NCBI GenBank assembly: GCA_002269645.1
Contig: NIVC01000271.1
Span: 372,001-436,000, forward strand
Reading direction: 5' to 3'
Length of the DNA stretch: 64,000 bases
DNA from: Macrostomum lignano
Lineage: Eukaryota
The notes below the pieces were generated by a model that saw only the letters and a program-made list of their open reading frames with translations, had not been told where the DNA came from and did no database searches. Shown piece by piece: positions 1 to 11,768 of this stretch. The translations under genes were made by a program, and so were the position numbers. How positions within the stretch are numbered: the first letter of the stretch is position 1; each line of letters begins with the position of its first letter.

Positions 1-1097
1 CGAGTAGTCCCCAATATTTTGTTACTCGAACATCTCTAGCGATTTAATAATTTTGATACGGTCGCCAGTTGAATTCAGTCGCCAACGTACAGTTAAAAAT
101 ATCTTTTCGCCGTACTTAATAAACGATTAGCAACAACATTAATCTCTCGTTAATTAATCTGAAGCCTCGAGCCTATTTTGAGTCATTTGCCCACGGGGCG
201 TAAAAATTACCAAGTTCTCAACTCGAAGAAAGCTCGACCTAAGACTTCAACGTTCCGTAATACGTAAATTACGGTGGTGGCAGCGCTACTCTACTGTTAG
301 TAATAGAACAAGCATACGAGGAACATTGAATATACGGTGTCTGAGGACCCGCATCTGAACGCTCGCGCCAGACGAAGACCGCTCGCCTACGACTAAAACT
401 ACCCTCCCCCCGGGATTGAGGACCCCGGCAGTCGGAGTATCTATGAGACATTTCAATTGGGATTCGTCCGCTCGATTTTCCGGCTTATTCGTGCGAACTC
501 AACGCCGATCGGTTTCGAAGAAACCCGAAGAACTGAAATTTAAAATTTAACCCAATTTCCACATTTTTTTCTTAAACCGCCCCCACCTCATTTGACTTAA
601 TTAGGAAATTTTTACTAATATGGGGTGCGCGAAGGTGGCGGAAGTTTCTAGAAATTAGGGACGTTGAATAAAATTGCAACAGGAAACGTTGTTCAATAAT
701 TGCAAAACTTATTGCAGCAGAAAATATAACGGAATTATAAAATTGTATTTTAATAAGTGCATTGACATAATTTTTAAAAAAAATAAACAGTGCGGTTTAC
801 TTTTCCTTCGCGACATTTTCGTCCATGTTAATACTGGTCGCAACACTAAATGAATCAGTCGCACTGCGTTCATCGTTGTTTGCCTTTGCAACCATCAGAG
901 TGTAATCATTTGGATGTTTCAAGCACTGCAGAACGCATACAAAATCAAGTGAAACATAGGCTCAAAACTTTAAAAGTCCGCTTAAAAATGTTGGAAACTT
1001 TTAATGCGCGTTCGAAAACATTGAAAACTTTCAAAGTAATTGCAACGCTGTTTTAAAAGACTTAAAAGTTTTACAAGACAAATTTTTTTCTACGAAT

Positions 1098-4000
1098 CTA
1101 ATCTAAAAGACAAATCTTTTTATCCAGTGGTGCATCGGCTGGCTCATCGGCTAGCTCATCGCGTAGAGCATCAGGTGGCTCATCGCGTAGAGCATCAGGT
1201 GGCTCATCGCGTAGAGCATCAGGTGGCTCATCGCGTAGAGCCTCGTCACGTAGAGAATCAGGTGGCTCATCGCGTAGAGCATCAGGTGGCTCATCGCGTA
1301 GAGCATCAGGTGGCTCATCGCGTAGAGCATCAGGTGGCTCATCGCGTAGAGCATCAGGTGGCTCGTCACATAGAGAATCAGGTGGCTCATCGCGTAGAGC
1401 ATCAGATGGCTCATCGCGTAGAGCATCAGGTGGCTCGTCACATAGAGAATCAGGTGGCTCATCGCGTAGAGCATCAGGTGGCTCATCGGCTAGCTCATCG
1501 CGTAAAGCATCAAGTGGCGCATCCAGTGGTGCACCAAGTGGCTCATCGGCTGGTTCATCGCGTAGAGCATCAAGTGGCTCATCGGCTGGCTCATCGGGTA
1601 GCTCATCGGGTGGCTCATTGGGTGGCTCAGCTGGTGGCTCATCGCGTACAGCATCATGTGGCGCACCCAGTGGTGCACCAAGTGGCTCATCGGCTGGTTC
1701 ATCGCGTAGAGCATCAAGTGGCTCATCGGCTGGCTCATCGGGTAGCTCATCGGGTGGCTCATTGGGTGGCTCAGCTGGTGGCTCATCGCGTAGAGCATCA
1801 AGTGGCTCATCGGCTGGCTCATCGGGTAGCTCATCGGGTGGCTCATTGGGTGGCTCATCGGCTGGCTCATCGCGTACAGCATCAAGTGCGGCATCCGATG
1901 CTGCATTGGGCGGTGCATCGGGTGGCTCATCGTGTGGTGCATCTGACGATGTATTGGGTGACACATTAAAATGTGCATCATGTGGCACATCCGGAAGTGC
2001 ACCTAGTGGTGCACATGGTGGTTCATTAAGTGACAAATCGGGTGGTGCATCGAGTAGCGCATCCGATGTTGCACCGGGTGCTGCACTCGTTGATGCAATC
2101 GTAGGTGGCGGACTGTAATACTCGTACTTGTTTGAATCCCAGCTGACACTTGGTTTGTGCTGCTCTGAATCCGAACCGTCGGTCCAATTTAGAGCGAATC
2201 TTGGAACCATTTCGGTGTCTGGTGTCACATCGAGTGGTGCATCGAATCTTACTATCGGTGGCGAATTTCGTGCCGCATTCAATGGTGCCTCAATTGGCCC
2301 ACTAAATGTGGCGTCGTGTACCACACTGCGCTGATCGTCTCGGCAGCTCTCGTTTAAGAGGTAGTAGTTTTCTGAAGTACTCGTTGAAACCTTGCTTGCA
2401 TCACCTACTAAAGCGCCGCCTGAAATCCCAGTTTGATGCGTAATTAAAGGTTTTAAAACATTTTTCAGTAGTTCAATATCAGCATTTTCTTTCCCAACAG
2501 ACTGCTCAGAACTATTTAATGAGCTGTAACGTCTTTTGCAGACGATAATTATCACAATGGTTATAATTACAAGGACCACCAGAATCGGACAGGAAACTCC
2601 AACAATTACAGCCAAGTTAGCTGCTGGAGCTTCAGTTGAGGTCTGGCCTAGCACTTTTGCGGTCCATTTCTGTCGCGGCGTTTTCAGAATTTTCCAAATG
2701 ATCGTCTTAGCGATACAGCTGGCTGGATAGGGTCCCGCAGTGCCTCCTCTCTCAGGAAACTTTACAAGAAATGGAATCTGGCTGCTACAGCTTTTCGATT
2801 TGATTTCCGCTCTGTCCGAAGCATCCACATTCATAGTCACGCACGGACCTGTCGCGCCGTTTGACTCTCTGTAGTTATTTAAAGGTGGTTCCTGATTTAC
2901 TCCCAGCTTATTTTTCATAGCCTCTTCCGTTTTACAGAGATGAGAGGGAATTACTCACACAAAACCCTCAGATCTGAGAACAGGCTTCAATCCACATTCA
3001 CCGCTATCCTGTCTGATTAGAGAGAGCGCTGAGGCATCGGCTGCACTGTAGAACATGCCGAGACGCACTGGCTGGCTCAGGCTCAGAGGCCGTCTGTACG
3101 GATGCACTGATAGTCTGGCCGTGTCTGAAAGCGGTTTTTGATGCTCATTTTTATAGTAAAGTAGCCATGGAAATTGAAAACAAATTATCATAGTCACAAC
3201 TCACTTGCAGCAATGAGACTGCGGATCTCAGACATGCTGGAGAAGCTGGCCAGCTGAGCATCGCCTCTGATGCTGGACATTGCGGATGTCACATTGGCTC
3301 TGAGTTCGCTCACAGCGTAGCAGTTTCCGTTGAAGCTGAGCATGTCTCTGTGGCAGAGTCCAGGGAGAATCAGCAGGAGTCTCAGCTTTACCTGGGTGGC
3401 ACGTTGATACCTCGGATCCCAGCTGGCCTCCACCGTGAGCGGGAACCTAAAATAGCAATGTGATTTTAGTTTCCCAATTGTCGGAACACAAGTATTTTGG
3501 TCGAGTGGAGACCGTAGCGCAAAGTCATAGTGCTTGTTGACCTGAACGCCTTTATGCCCGAGAGATTTGACCGAAATTGAACTAGAAAGCTCCTAGAATT
3601 ATTGATTAACTTTAACCATTGTATATTTTTATACTCGTAGGCAAGGTAAAACATCTTAGATCTAACAATATATTTTAGCGTCTTGTTATTTGTACCTGAG
3701 GACATCTAGATTATACGAAAAGACCAACTAACTACCCAAACTGTATTTCCCGCAACTAGTGTTTCTATTGTAAATAAGTTAAGCAAAAGCATTTGTAAAT
3801 AATTTAATTGTTATGCTGTATTTTCTCACAGTATGGTCGCTAACTAGTCTGAGAAAGAATAATGTACGCATTTGCAGAAATGCGCACTTCATAGCAGACT
3901 GAACTGCCATGGAACTTTCATGGAACAACCATGGAATTACCGGGGACTTTCTACGGAATTACCGTTTGATGTTTTCAGACTGTTGCCACTTTTCAATTTC

Positions 4001-5332
4001 TATAGCTATTTGATCCAGTTTTTATTTCAATCGCACCCCGTGTGAGCTATATCCATGCTCGTGCTCTATGTCAGTAAAATGGGCATGACTGTTTGCTGTC
4101 TTGAGTAGGTCTCCATTACGTTTTTTTTCTCAGTTTGAAAATTTTCAAGCACCAAAGGATCTCTGTATCTCATTGACGAACATGGATTTTTGTGGTTGGA
4201 CGCGAAACATTCCAGCCGTCACGGGAATCTCTCCTCCGCTGTAGCTGATGACCAACTTTGCTGAGCCAGTTTGATTCTCTCCCGATTGTAAGCGCAAGTC
4301 GGTGTTGTCGGCAGAATCGATGAGCACTCCCTGTAGGACAAGCTGCATGTCTTCTTGAGCAGCAGAATTCTTAATGATCCACCTGCATCTCCTGTAGCTC
4401 GTATCCAACTCGTCCGTCAGCACTCTCGGAATGATGCTCTCGTCTCGGGGGAAAAAATCGTCAACTGTTATCAGCAATGTGAGTCCATTCGCGCAGTAGT
4501 GGTTGGCGCCTTGGCAACTGGAATAAACAGTGGCACAAACTGGTGAACCAGTGAAAAACATTGACCAGAGTTTTTTAAGACTGAGAGGTGAGAGCCAGCA
4601 AAAATTTAAGAAAGCGACTTTGCACGAATACAGTTAACCTTCAACTGGGCCTTGGAATCAGCAAAAAATAATGGATGTTAAGTCATCGCTTTTGGGCGGG
4701 TGCTAGAAATTGTGAAAATGAGCTTTCTAGAAAAAGCTTAGCTGCAACTGTTTGTACAATGCTGTCTGAGTGTTTGCGTAAATTGTGTTTCATACAGTAT
4801 ATGGTGGTGACCCTGATGCCATTGTCTCCGACAGGAGGAACCAGCTGGCGCGCCGCGAAACTCCTCAGGAAAGTTTTCAATTCTGCTTCAAGAGGCGACT
4901 TGGGTATGGAGGCTGTGCAGCTGACTGACACGCGAGAGCGTGCCCTGAACGTGCGCTGGGGCGTGAGAAAGAATGGGGGCGGGTGCAGACAGCTAGGGAA
5001 GGGGGTTGACTCAGACACATGGGCCGAAGGGGGGTAAGGCTCATTCACACTGCCATCAATCGAGCCACCAAAGCACACGACCAATGTACAAAGAAATCAA
5101 ATTTGATGCACAAATTGCTTGATTACACGAAATTTGGTCTTATTTAATGGCAGTGTGAACGAGCCTTAAGAATTGCAATGCACGGTCCGCCCGTCTGACC
5201 AAGAGCTCGAGTCTGCCTATCAATGGAATTATACAGAAACAACAATTGTGTATAAAATAGTTACCTAGGGCCCATCAGCAGCAGAAACACCACCAACACA
5301 ACTGTCAAAGTCGGAAATGATAAATTCAGCAT
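1098..5332 (-). CDS. Paralog A: signal peptide + CUB-like + atypical CTLD + TM + long acidic/Pro repeat tail (~860 aa)
   Basis: Exons 5332-5265 (MLNLSFPTLTVVLVVFLLLMGP), 4517-4182, 3446-3205, 3124-2959, 2868-1098. All introns GT-AG with matching phases 2,2,1,2; total 2583 nt = 861 codons. CUB-like SIIP..RCRWII..LVL; CTLD-like CHRDMLSFNGNCY..LASFSSMSE..GPCVTM..SC..FLVK; TM LAVIVGVSCPILVVLVIITIVIIIVC followed by KRR. The 4182 donor (AT/GTTCGT) is weak but aligns exactly with the donors of B and C. Confidence 0.85.
1132..1960 (-). repeat. Coding tandem repeats in the tail of paralog A (24-bp DALRDEPP units plus higher-order duplications)
   Basis: Unit CATCAGGTGGCTCATCGCGTAGAG on +, in frame within the 1098-2868 terminal exon. 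Confidence 0.9.
5037..5166. mobile_element. ~130-bp MITE in intron 1 of paralog A
   Basis: TIR AGGCTCATTCACACTGCCA ... TGGCAGTGTGAACGAGCCT with TA on both flanks; a related element lies at 35640-35757. Confidence 0.65.
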
Positions 5333-6547
5333 AATTAAACTGCCGACTTCTTTTTAGCCTTGAGCAGACTACTCGTAATAAGTCACCAGTTCAAAGTTCA
5401 TAGTTTGATTCTGTTTCAGTATAGCCTTAGAATATAAGTTGTATAGCTTTACACAGAGCATCTTTTTTATGCTTAAATAGATTCCCTCATTTTCATCCAC
5501 CGTACAGAGTACCGAGCAGTATTGTTGAGGCTAAGCAAATGGAGGTTTATAAGTGCACACTTTTCTCTGCATCTCTGACAGATGTATTGCATAGCTGTAC
5601 GCTACACTCGTATGCATGTACTTTTTGCGCACAGAGTTTTTGTGGATAATTATAGGTGCTTCGCTAAAGAATTTTAGCACCTTGTAACTCTGCATCTCTG
5701 CTTCTATTTACGAGCAGAATACTTCTGCTAGTAAACGCTAGTAAACAAAGTATTATGCTTCTCTCGAAAGCATTCTACGAGTATATGATTTAGCAATTAG
5801 AATGCTGCACTCAGGATGCTTGGATTAAATGAACTGATTCCAGAGATCGGACCGGAAAATATTAATTCTGTTCTAAACAAACAACTCCTTTTTTGCTGAG
5901 GATGATAATTTCAGAGAAAAACTGATGTAGCTCGTACATCTATGTCACAATAAATCACTTGTTATATTGCAATACCCTCACTACAGGAATACTTTTTCAT
6001 GCATCATGCAACAACAAAAATCACGGGACATTTTTGGCTAAATGCAAGTTTTTTCTGTGCTGCTGCGCGTTAAATGTCAGTAAGAAAGTGGTCAGAAAAG
6101 TTTTTGGCAAAGTGAATCATTTAGAAAAAACTAAATATATCGATATCAATTAATAAATTTTCACACTGTTTTTGGTTCTACGTCAATGTAATTAACTTAA
6201 ATGAATCCGGTTATTTTACAATTTGATCAATGACAAAAATTTTTATCATTCCAAACTCAGAACTGTCAACTCAGTTTGGAGATAAGAAAGCTGTCCATAA
6301 GGTCTGTGAGTAAAACTTGTTCTGTTTCCGGAGTTGAGCTATTCCTCTTGGCTCGAATATGAGCTATGCAATGGCCCAGAACTCGAACTGTTCACTTGGT
6401 AATCCAAGCTAGACTGTGATCCACCTCACAGTTCACGCTTTCAGTCCCGGTTCGAGCGAAACTGCAAGACAGTTCAGAGTCGGAGCCGTTCATCCGATTC
6501 GGAGGTAAACTCTTGAGCCTTTCCAAGCTTGAGCTGTTCCTCTGGAA

Positions 6548-7017
6548 GGGTCGCCATCATAAACCCGAAAAATCACAACTCCGAAAGCACTTCCCATCAT
6601 AAACCCGAAATATCATAAACCCGAAATATCATAAACCCGAAATATCACAAACCCGAAATATCACAAACCCGAAATATCATAACTCCGAAAAACAAAATAG
6701 CAACGCCCATCATAAACCCGAAATATCAGAAACCCGAAAAATTACAACTCCGAAATTAATAGCAACGCCCATCATAAACCCGAAATATCAGAAACCCGAA
6801 AAATTACAACTCCGAAATTAATAGCAACGCCCATCATAAACCCGAAATATCACAAACCCGAAATATCATAACTCCGAATACCAAAATAGTGTTGGACATT
6901 GCTAAAACTTTCGGATTTATGATATTTCAGGTTTGTGGTATTTCGGGTTTATGATATTTCGGGTTTATGATGGAAAGCGCTTTTCGGATTTTTCGGGTTT
7001 GTGATGCCCCCCCCCCC
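6548..7017. mobile_element. Non-autonomous inverted-repeat element built from CATAAACCCGAAATAT subrepeats
   Basis: Tandem CATMAACCCGAAATAT copies at 6556-6880 and reverse-complement copies at 6905-7006; ends G..GCCATCATAAACCCGAAAAATC versus GATTTTTCGGGTTTGTGATGCCCC. No clear TSD. Confidence 0.6.
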
Positions 7018-7289
7018 TCTGTGCTCCGTTTGCTATAAAATTAAAAGCTGAGCCACATCAGCAGCTGAAGCAGCGCACCTGACGAAATCCGAAATAGTAA
7101 AATCGGCATAACAAACTGCCGTCATGGTGTGGCACGCTCGTATTTTATTGTTAAAGTGAACTGATTTTTAATTTTGAGCAAACTCATAAATCAACAGTTT
7201 AAACTTGATTGAAGTAGATGTTTAAGTTGTTTAAAAAATTATATTTTACATAGCGAGCCGTCTTATTTTTATAATAATTATAACAATAA

Positions 7290-7527
7290 CTGATTACATA
7301 TGTCCAAAATAGGCCAGATGCGCAACCGACAGCTCAGCCGCAGCTATTGCCCATACACACACCCTCAATTACCCCAGCTAATGCTGGTGCCCTTTTTACA
7401 GCTGGGTGAACTGAAGCAATGCAGAGTTAAGTGTCATGCTCAAGGACACAAATTGTTCCAGTGGGATCGGGAATCGAACCCCGACCTTTAAGTCGTGAGT
7501 CCGACGCTCTAACCAGACTACAGCCCC
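7290..7527 (-). mobile_element. tRNA-derived CORE-type SINE, copy 1
   Basis: Minus strand has A-box-like TAGTCTGGTTAG and B box GGTTCGATTCC, then GTGTCCTTGAGCATGACACTTAACTCTGCATTGCTTCAGTTCACCCAGCTGTAAA resembling the MIR CORE domain; close match to 57437-57722. Confidence 0.8.
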
Positions 7528-8157
7528 TAGGCTTTTAAACAGTAGCATTTCTGTTGGAATTATTTATTTTCATCAAACATACAAGGGCACTGACACAGTA
7601 TGGTCCTACTTAAGCAAATGAAACTTCATGAGTGCACACTTTTTCTGCATCATCATTGACAGATTCAATGCTTACGTACAATTTTGTGCAAAGTAGTTTT
7701 ATGATGGTAAAAATAGCTACAGACTACTTTTTATGAAATTAAATATCGTTGCGAAATTTCGTTCTTGTGAAGCGACGCCTGGCGTGTTTAGTAGTAGACA
7801 ATGTTTTCTCTTTCCCGTTTCTCAACGTACTGTTTCACCACCTTAAACCGTCTTTTTTACCTGCTTCGTTTCAACGAAGATAAGACATAAAGCAATCTGG
7901 CCTCTCGGATACTGTTTCTACCCTAAACTTTAGCTATCTTATAAGTTCCGTATACTCATCAGCTAGCAGAATATCTCAACTCACTCTAAAGAAGGGACAG
8001 CGATGCTCAGTCAAGATAGAAAATTTGATGTCCATTTAAATAAATTTTATGCTTTTAGAATTAAAAGTCAGATGCAGATATTTACACAGCTATGGTAAAA
8101 ATAATAATATTAATATTAATCTCACGCCCCGCTCCGACCACAAAAGGCACATAGCCC

Positions 8158-9830
8158 TTCGACAGTACCCCCAAGGACAGTGCCCATTTTCAAGGACTGC
8201 GTCCATCTTCAAGGACAGCGCCGATCTTCAAGGACATTGCCCAAATCAGAGACAGCGCTCATCTTCAAGGACAGTGCCCATCTTCAAGGACAGTGCCCAT
8301 CTTCAAGGACAGTGCCCATCTTCAAGGACAGTGCCCATCTTCAAGGACAGTGCCCAACTTCAAGGACATTGTCCATCTTCAAGGACAGTGTCCATCTTAA
8401 AGGACAGTGCCCATCTTCAAGGACAGTGCCCATCTTCAAGGACAGTGCCCATCTTCAAGGACAGTGCCCATCTTCAAGGACAGTGCCCATCTTCAAGGAC
8501 AGTGCCCATCTTCAAGGAGAGTGCCCATCTTCAAGGTCAGTACCCAACTCAGAGACAGCGCCCATCTTAAAGGACAGTGCCCATCTTCAAGGAGAGTGCC
8601 CATCAAGGATATGTATACAATAGTAACTTCTATTGGTCCTTGGTGCCCATCTTCAAGGACAGTACCCAACTTCAAGCACAGTGCCCAACTTCAAGGACAG
8701 TGCCCATCTTCAAGGACAGTGCCCATCTTCAAGGACAGTGCCCAACTTCAAGGACATTGTCCATCTTCAAGGACAGTGTCCATCATCAAGCACAGTACCC
8801 AACTTCAAGCACAGTGCCCAACTTCAAGGACAGTGCCCATCTTCAAGGACAGTGCCCATCTTCAAGGACAGTGCCCAACTTCAAGGACATTGTCCATCTT
8901 CAAGGACAGTGTCCATCTTCAAGCACAGTACCCAACTTCAAGCACAGTGCCCATCTTCAAGCACAGTGCCCATCTTCAAGGACAGTGTCCATCTTCAAGG
9001 ACAGTGTCCATCTTCAAGGACAGTGCCCATCTTCAAGGACAGTATCCATCTTCAAGGACAGTGCCCAACTTCAAGGACATTGTCCATCTTCAAGGACAGT
9101 GTCCATCATCAAGCACAGTACCCAACTTCAAGCACAGTGCCCAACTTCAAGGACAGTGCCCATCTTCAAGGACAGTGCCCATCTTCAAGGACAGTGCCCG
9201 ACTTCAAGGACATTGTCCATCTTCAAGCACAGTACCCAACTTCAAGCACAGTGCCCATCTTCAAGCACAGTGCCCATCTTCAAGGACAGTATCCATCTTC
9301 AAGGACAGTGCCCATCTTCAAGGACAGTATCCATCTTCAAGGACAGTGCCCATCTTCAAGGACATTGCCCATCTTCAAGGACAGTGCCCATCTTCAAGGA
9401 CAGTGCCCATCTTCAAGGACAGTGCCCATCTTCAAGGACAGTGCCCGACTTCAAGGACATTGTCCATCTTCAAGCACAGTACCCAACTTCAAGCACAGTG
9501 CCCATCTTCAAGCACAGTGCCCATCTTCAAGGACAGTATCCATCTTCAAGGACAGTGCCCATCTTCAAGGACAGTATCCATCTTCAAGGACAGTGCCCAT
9601 CTTCAAGGACAGTGCCCATCTTCAAGGACAGTGCCCATCTTCAAGGACAGTGCCCATCTTCAAGGACAGTATCCATCTTCAAGTACAGTGCCCAACTTCA
9701 AGGACAGTGCCCATCTTCAAGGACAGTGTCCATCTTCAAGGACAGTGTCCATCTTCAAGGACAGTGCCCATCTTCAAGGACAGTATCCATCTTCAAGGAC
9801 AGTGCCCATCTTCAAGGATGGTGCCCAACT
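8158..9830 (+). repeat. 19-bp minisatellite (AAGGACAGTGCCCATCTTC)n, about 85 copies with variants
   Basis: Direct reading; the 19-aa periodicity (HLQGQCPSSRTVPIFKDSA) in all three + frames is what a stop-free 19-nt unit produces. Confidence 0.95.
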
Positions 9831-10230
9831 TTGCCCAACCAAGAAATATTTCCTGCCAGTGACAAGTGTGGACACTATTGCTTACATTTTAACGGCACAG
9901 CATGACTCTTTACCTTTTAATTTTTATTTACCGCTCTCGATCGATGCTTTGCTTTCGTATTTGTTATAATAATAACAGCAGCTTGTTCTAACAAAGCTTT
10001 CTCTAGCTAAATAATCAAAGAAGAAATGCAAGCAAGGGTAAAAATCGCATTCGATTAGCTTGTATTGTCATTATTGTTACGGTACAAGAACTCAAAACGT
10101 CTTGTAAACGTTTCTACATTTTCCTAGAAACGAAGTATCTTTTTCGATAGAGTGGCCTTTGCTCATTGGTTAAATAGAACATCGCGATCAACTTTCATGT
10201 GATGCATATACAACAAAAAGGAACAAGGAG

Positions 10231-10588
10231 TACTATTGCTTTTGTCAGCCTAACTGAGAATAAAGCCACCCAAAATGAGAATCCTGCCTACGCTGACCGC
10301 GAAGGGCCCGGCTGCGTGCAGCCTTAGTCTATGGGCCATAGACAATAAAGGACAAGCAAAGTGATAAAAAGCCATCCAATGTGAGAATCGATTGGTCTAT
10401 GCGTCGTATTCTTTTATTTTTATACCTTCTGAGCTTCTGAGCCATATGACTAGCCAATCATAGCTTATCCTTTATAGTCTATGGCTCATAGACTAGGCTG
10501 GACGCAGCTAGGCCCTTCGTATTCAGCGTAGGCAGGATTCTCACTTTGGATGGCTTTACTCTCAGTTAGGCTGACAAAACCAATAGTA
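10231..10588. mobile_element. MITE-like element with ~110-bp inverted arms ending internally in GTCTATGG..CATAGAC palindromes
   Basis: 10231-10343 is the reverse complement of about 10477-10588 (TACTATTGCTTTTGTCAGCCTAACTGAG / CTCAGTTAGGCTGACAAAACCAATAGTA). Confidence 0.7.
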
Positions 10589-10899
10589 TAAACTATACAT
10601 TGTCACTATCACTATTGCATAAACATGTAGCTAGCTATTATAGATAAAATATTAGTATAGAAGTCCTTGGCCGTAACTTACGCAGAAAGACGATAAATAA
10701 AGCTTCTCGGAAACTTTGTAAGCCAATTAAAAAAATCACATTACTAACTTCTTTCACTATAGGAATTAGGTACTACAAAAACAAATTTAGGAAAATTAAT
10801 ACATTTTGGCTTGGAGCCTCTATTTTGTTTCTAGCTAATGAGTATAGATGTTTAGTAATTCTTATGAGTGATTTATACTTGGTATAAATGGGTGAATCA

Positions 10900-11320
10900 T
10901 GCGACCCAGTGATTAGCTCAGGACAGCGTGTTGCAGTGGTCGCACTTTGGTGGCGAGTGCTCTTCGCCCCGTACAACGCAGATGCCTCAACCTCGTAGTG
11001 TTCAGAAAACTGTCAGTGGCACACAGGTCGTTATTCATTCAGATGAACAGGAAGCGATCGCACAAGTTGAGGTCAGGACTTTGAAACAGTGTTCCGATGC
11101 TCCTCTTTTCGAAGTAGTCCTGTACAGTCCTGCTTGCATACGGTCGTACAATTGTGAAATTGTCCCACTGAGCGCCACGAATCGCCGGTTCGTTTCACAA
11201 ACTAGACAGTGCGTTCACCAACAAATGTGCGGGGCTGTAGCAGAAATAGGAAAATCGCTTGTTCGGAGTGAACACCAAAAGCAGCATTGTTTTACGAGCG
11301 CTGATCTGCTGTCGTTTAGC
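10900..11320 (-). mobile_element. Degraded Tc1/mariner-superfamily transposase fragment
   Basis: Minus-strand translation KTMLLLVFTPNKRFS ... QWDNFTIVRPYASRTVQDYFEKRSIGTLFQSPDLNLCDRFLF matches the WDNARPH and (Y)SPDLNxCDxFLF motifs; contains stops; TIRs not found. Confidence 0.7.
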
Positions 11321-11768
11321 TTTGTGTTGCACTAGGGTTGAGGCTCACTCGCAAAATTATACTGATGCTGCTTCCAATGCATGTCTATGTCTGAAATTGC
11401 TTTGTCTGGCAGCTGACGCTTCTTACTTTTAGATTCTGCTACAACCGTACAGCCAATTTGGATTCCAATTGATTTTCGTGATATATCTCGAGTCGCATGA
11501 TTACCCAGATGCCGGTAATATGTAATACAGTACTCCATGGATAGTATACGTGGATGTAATATTAGAAGCAAACGCGTGATTGTTCACAGACCAGATATCA
11601 ATAATTGCCGATTCGAAACAAATGAACAAATATTTCTTTGAAAATCAACTCCGACGCTGAGTCAAAATGAGCTGTAAAACTATTCAATAAAGTTATCCTC
11701 TCCGCTCCCATTTGGTTCGAAACCGGTGCTCTCCAACCGATCCAGTGCCAAACCCTGTCGAAGGTCTT

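Noticed and set aside
1040-2118. Plus-strand His-rich ORF (309 aa) and Gly/Ser-rich ORF, and alternate-frame Met/His ORFs
   Set aside because: Antisense or off-frame shadows of the coding repeats of paralog A; the same applies at 12034-12294 for B.
4518-4561. ATG at 4561 as the start of paralog A
   Set aside because: Poor signal peptide; the exon at 5332-5265 gives a good one and the correct phase-2 junction.
8158-9830. CRISPR-like array (also considered for the 20-, 25-, 30- and 21-bp arrays)
   Set aside because: Units are head-to-tail without unique spacers; eukaryotic context; no cas genes.
8049-9969. Long Cys/His repeat ORFs of up to 520 aa
   Set aside because: Present in all three frames because the 19-bp unit lacks stops; no domain, signal peptide or splice support.
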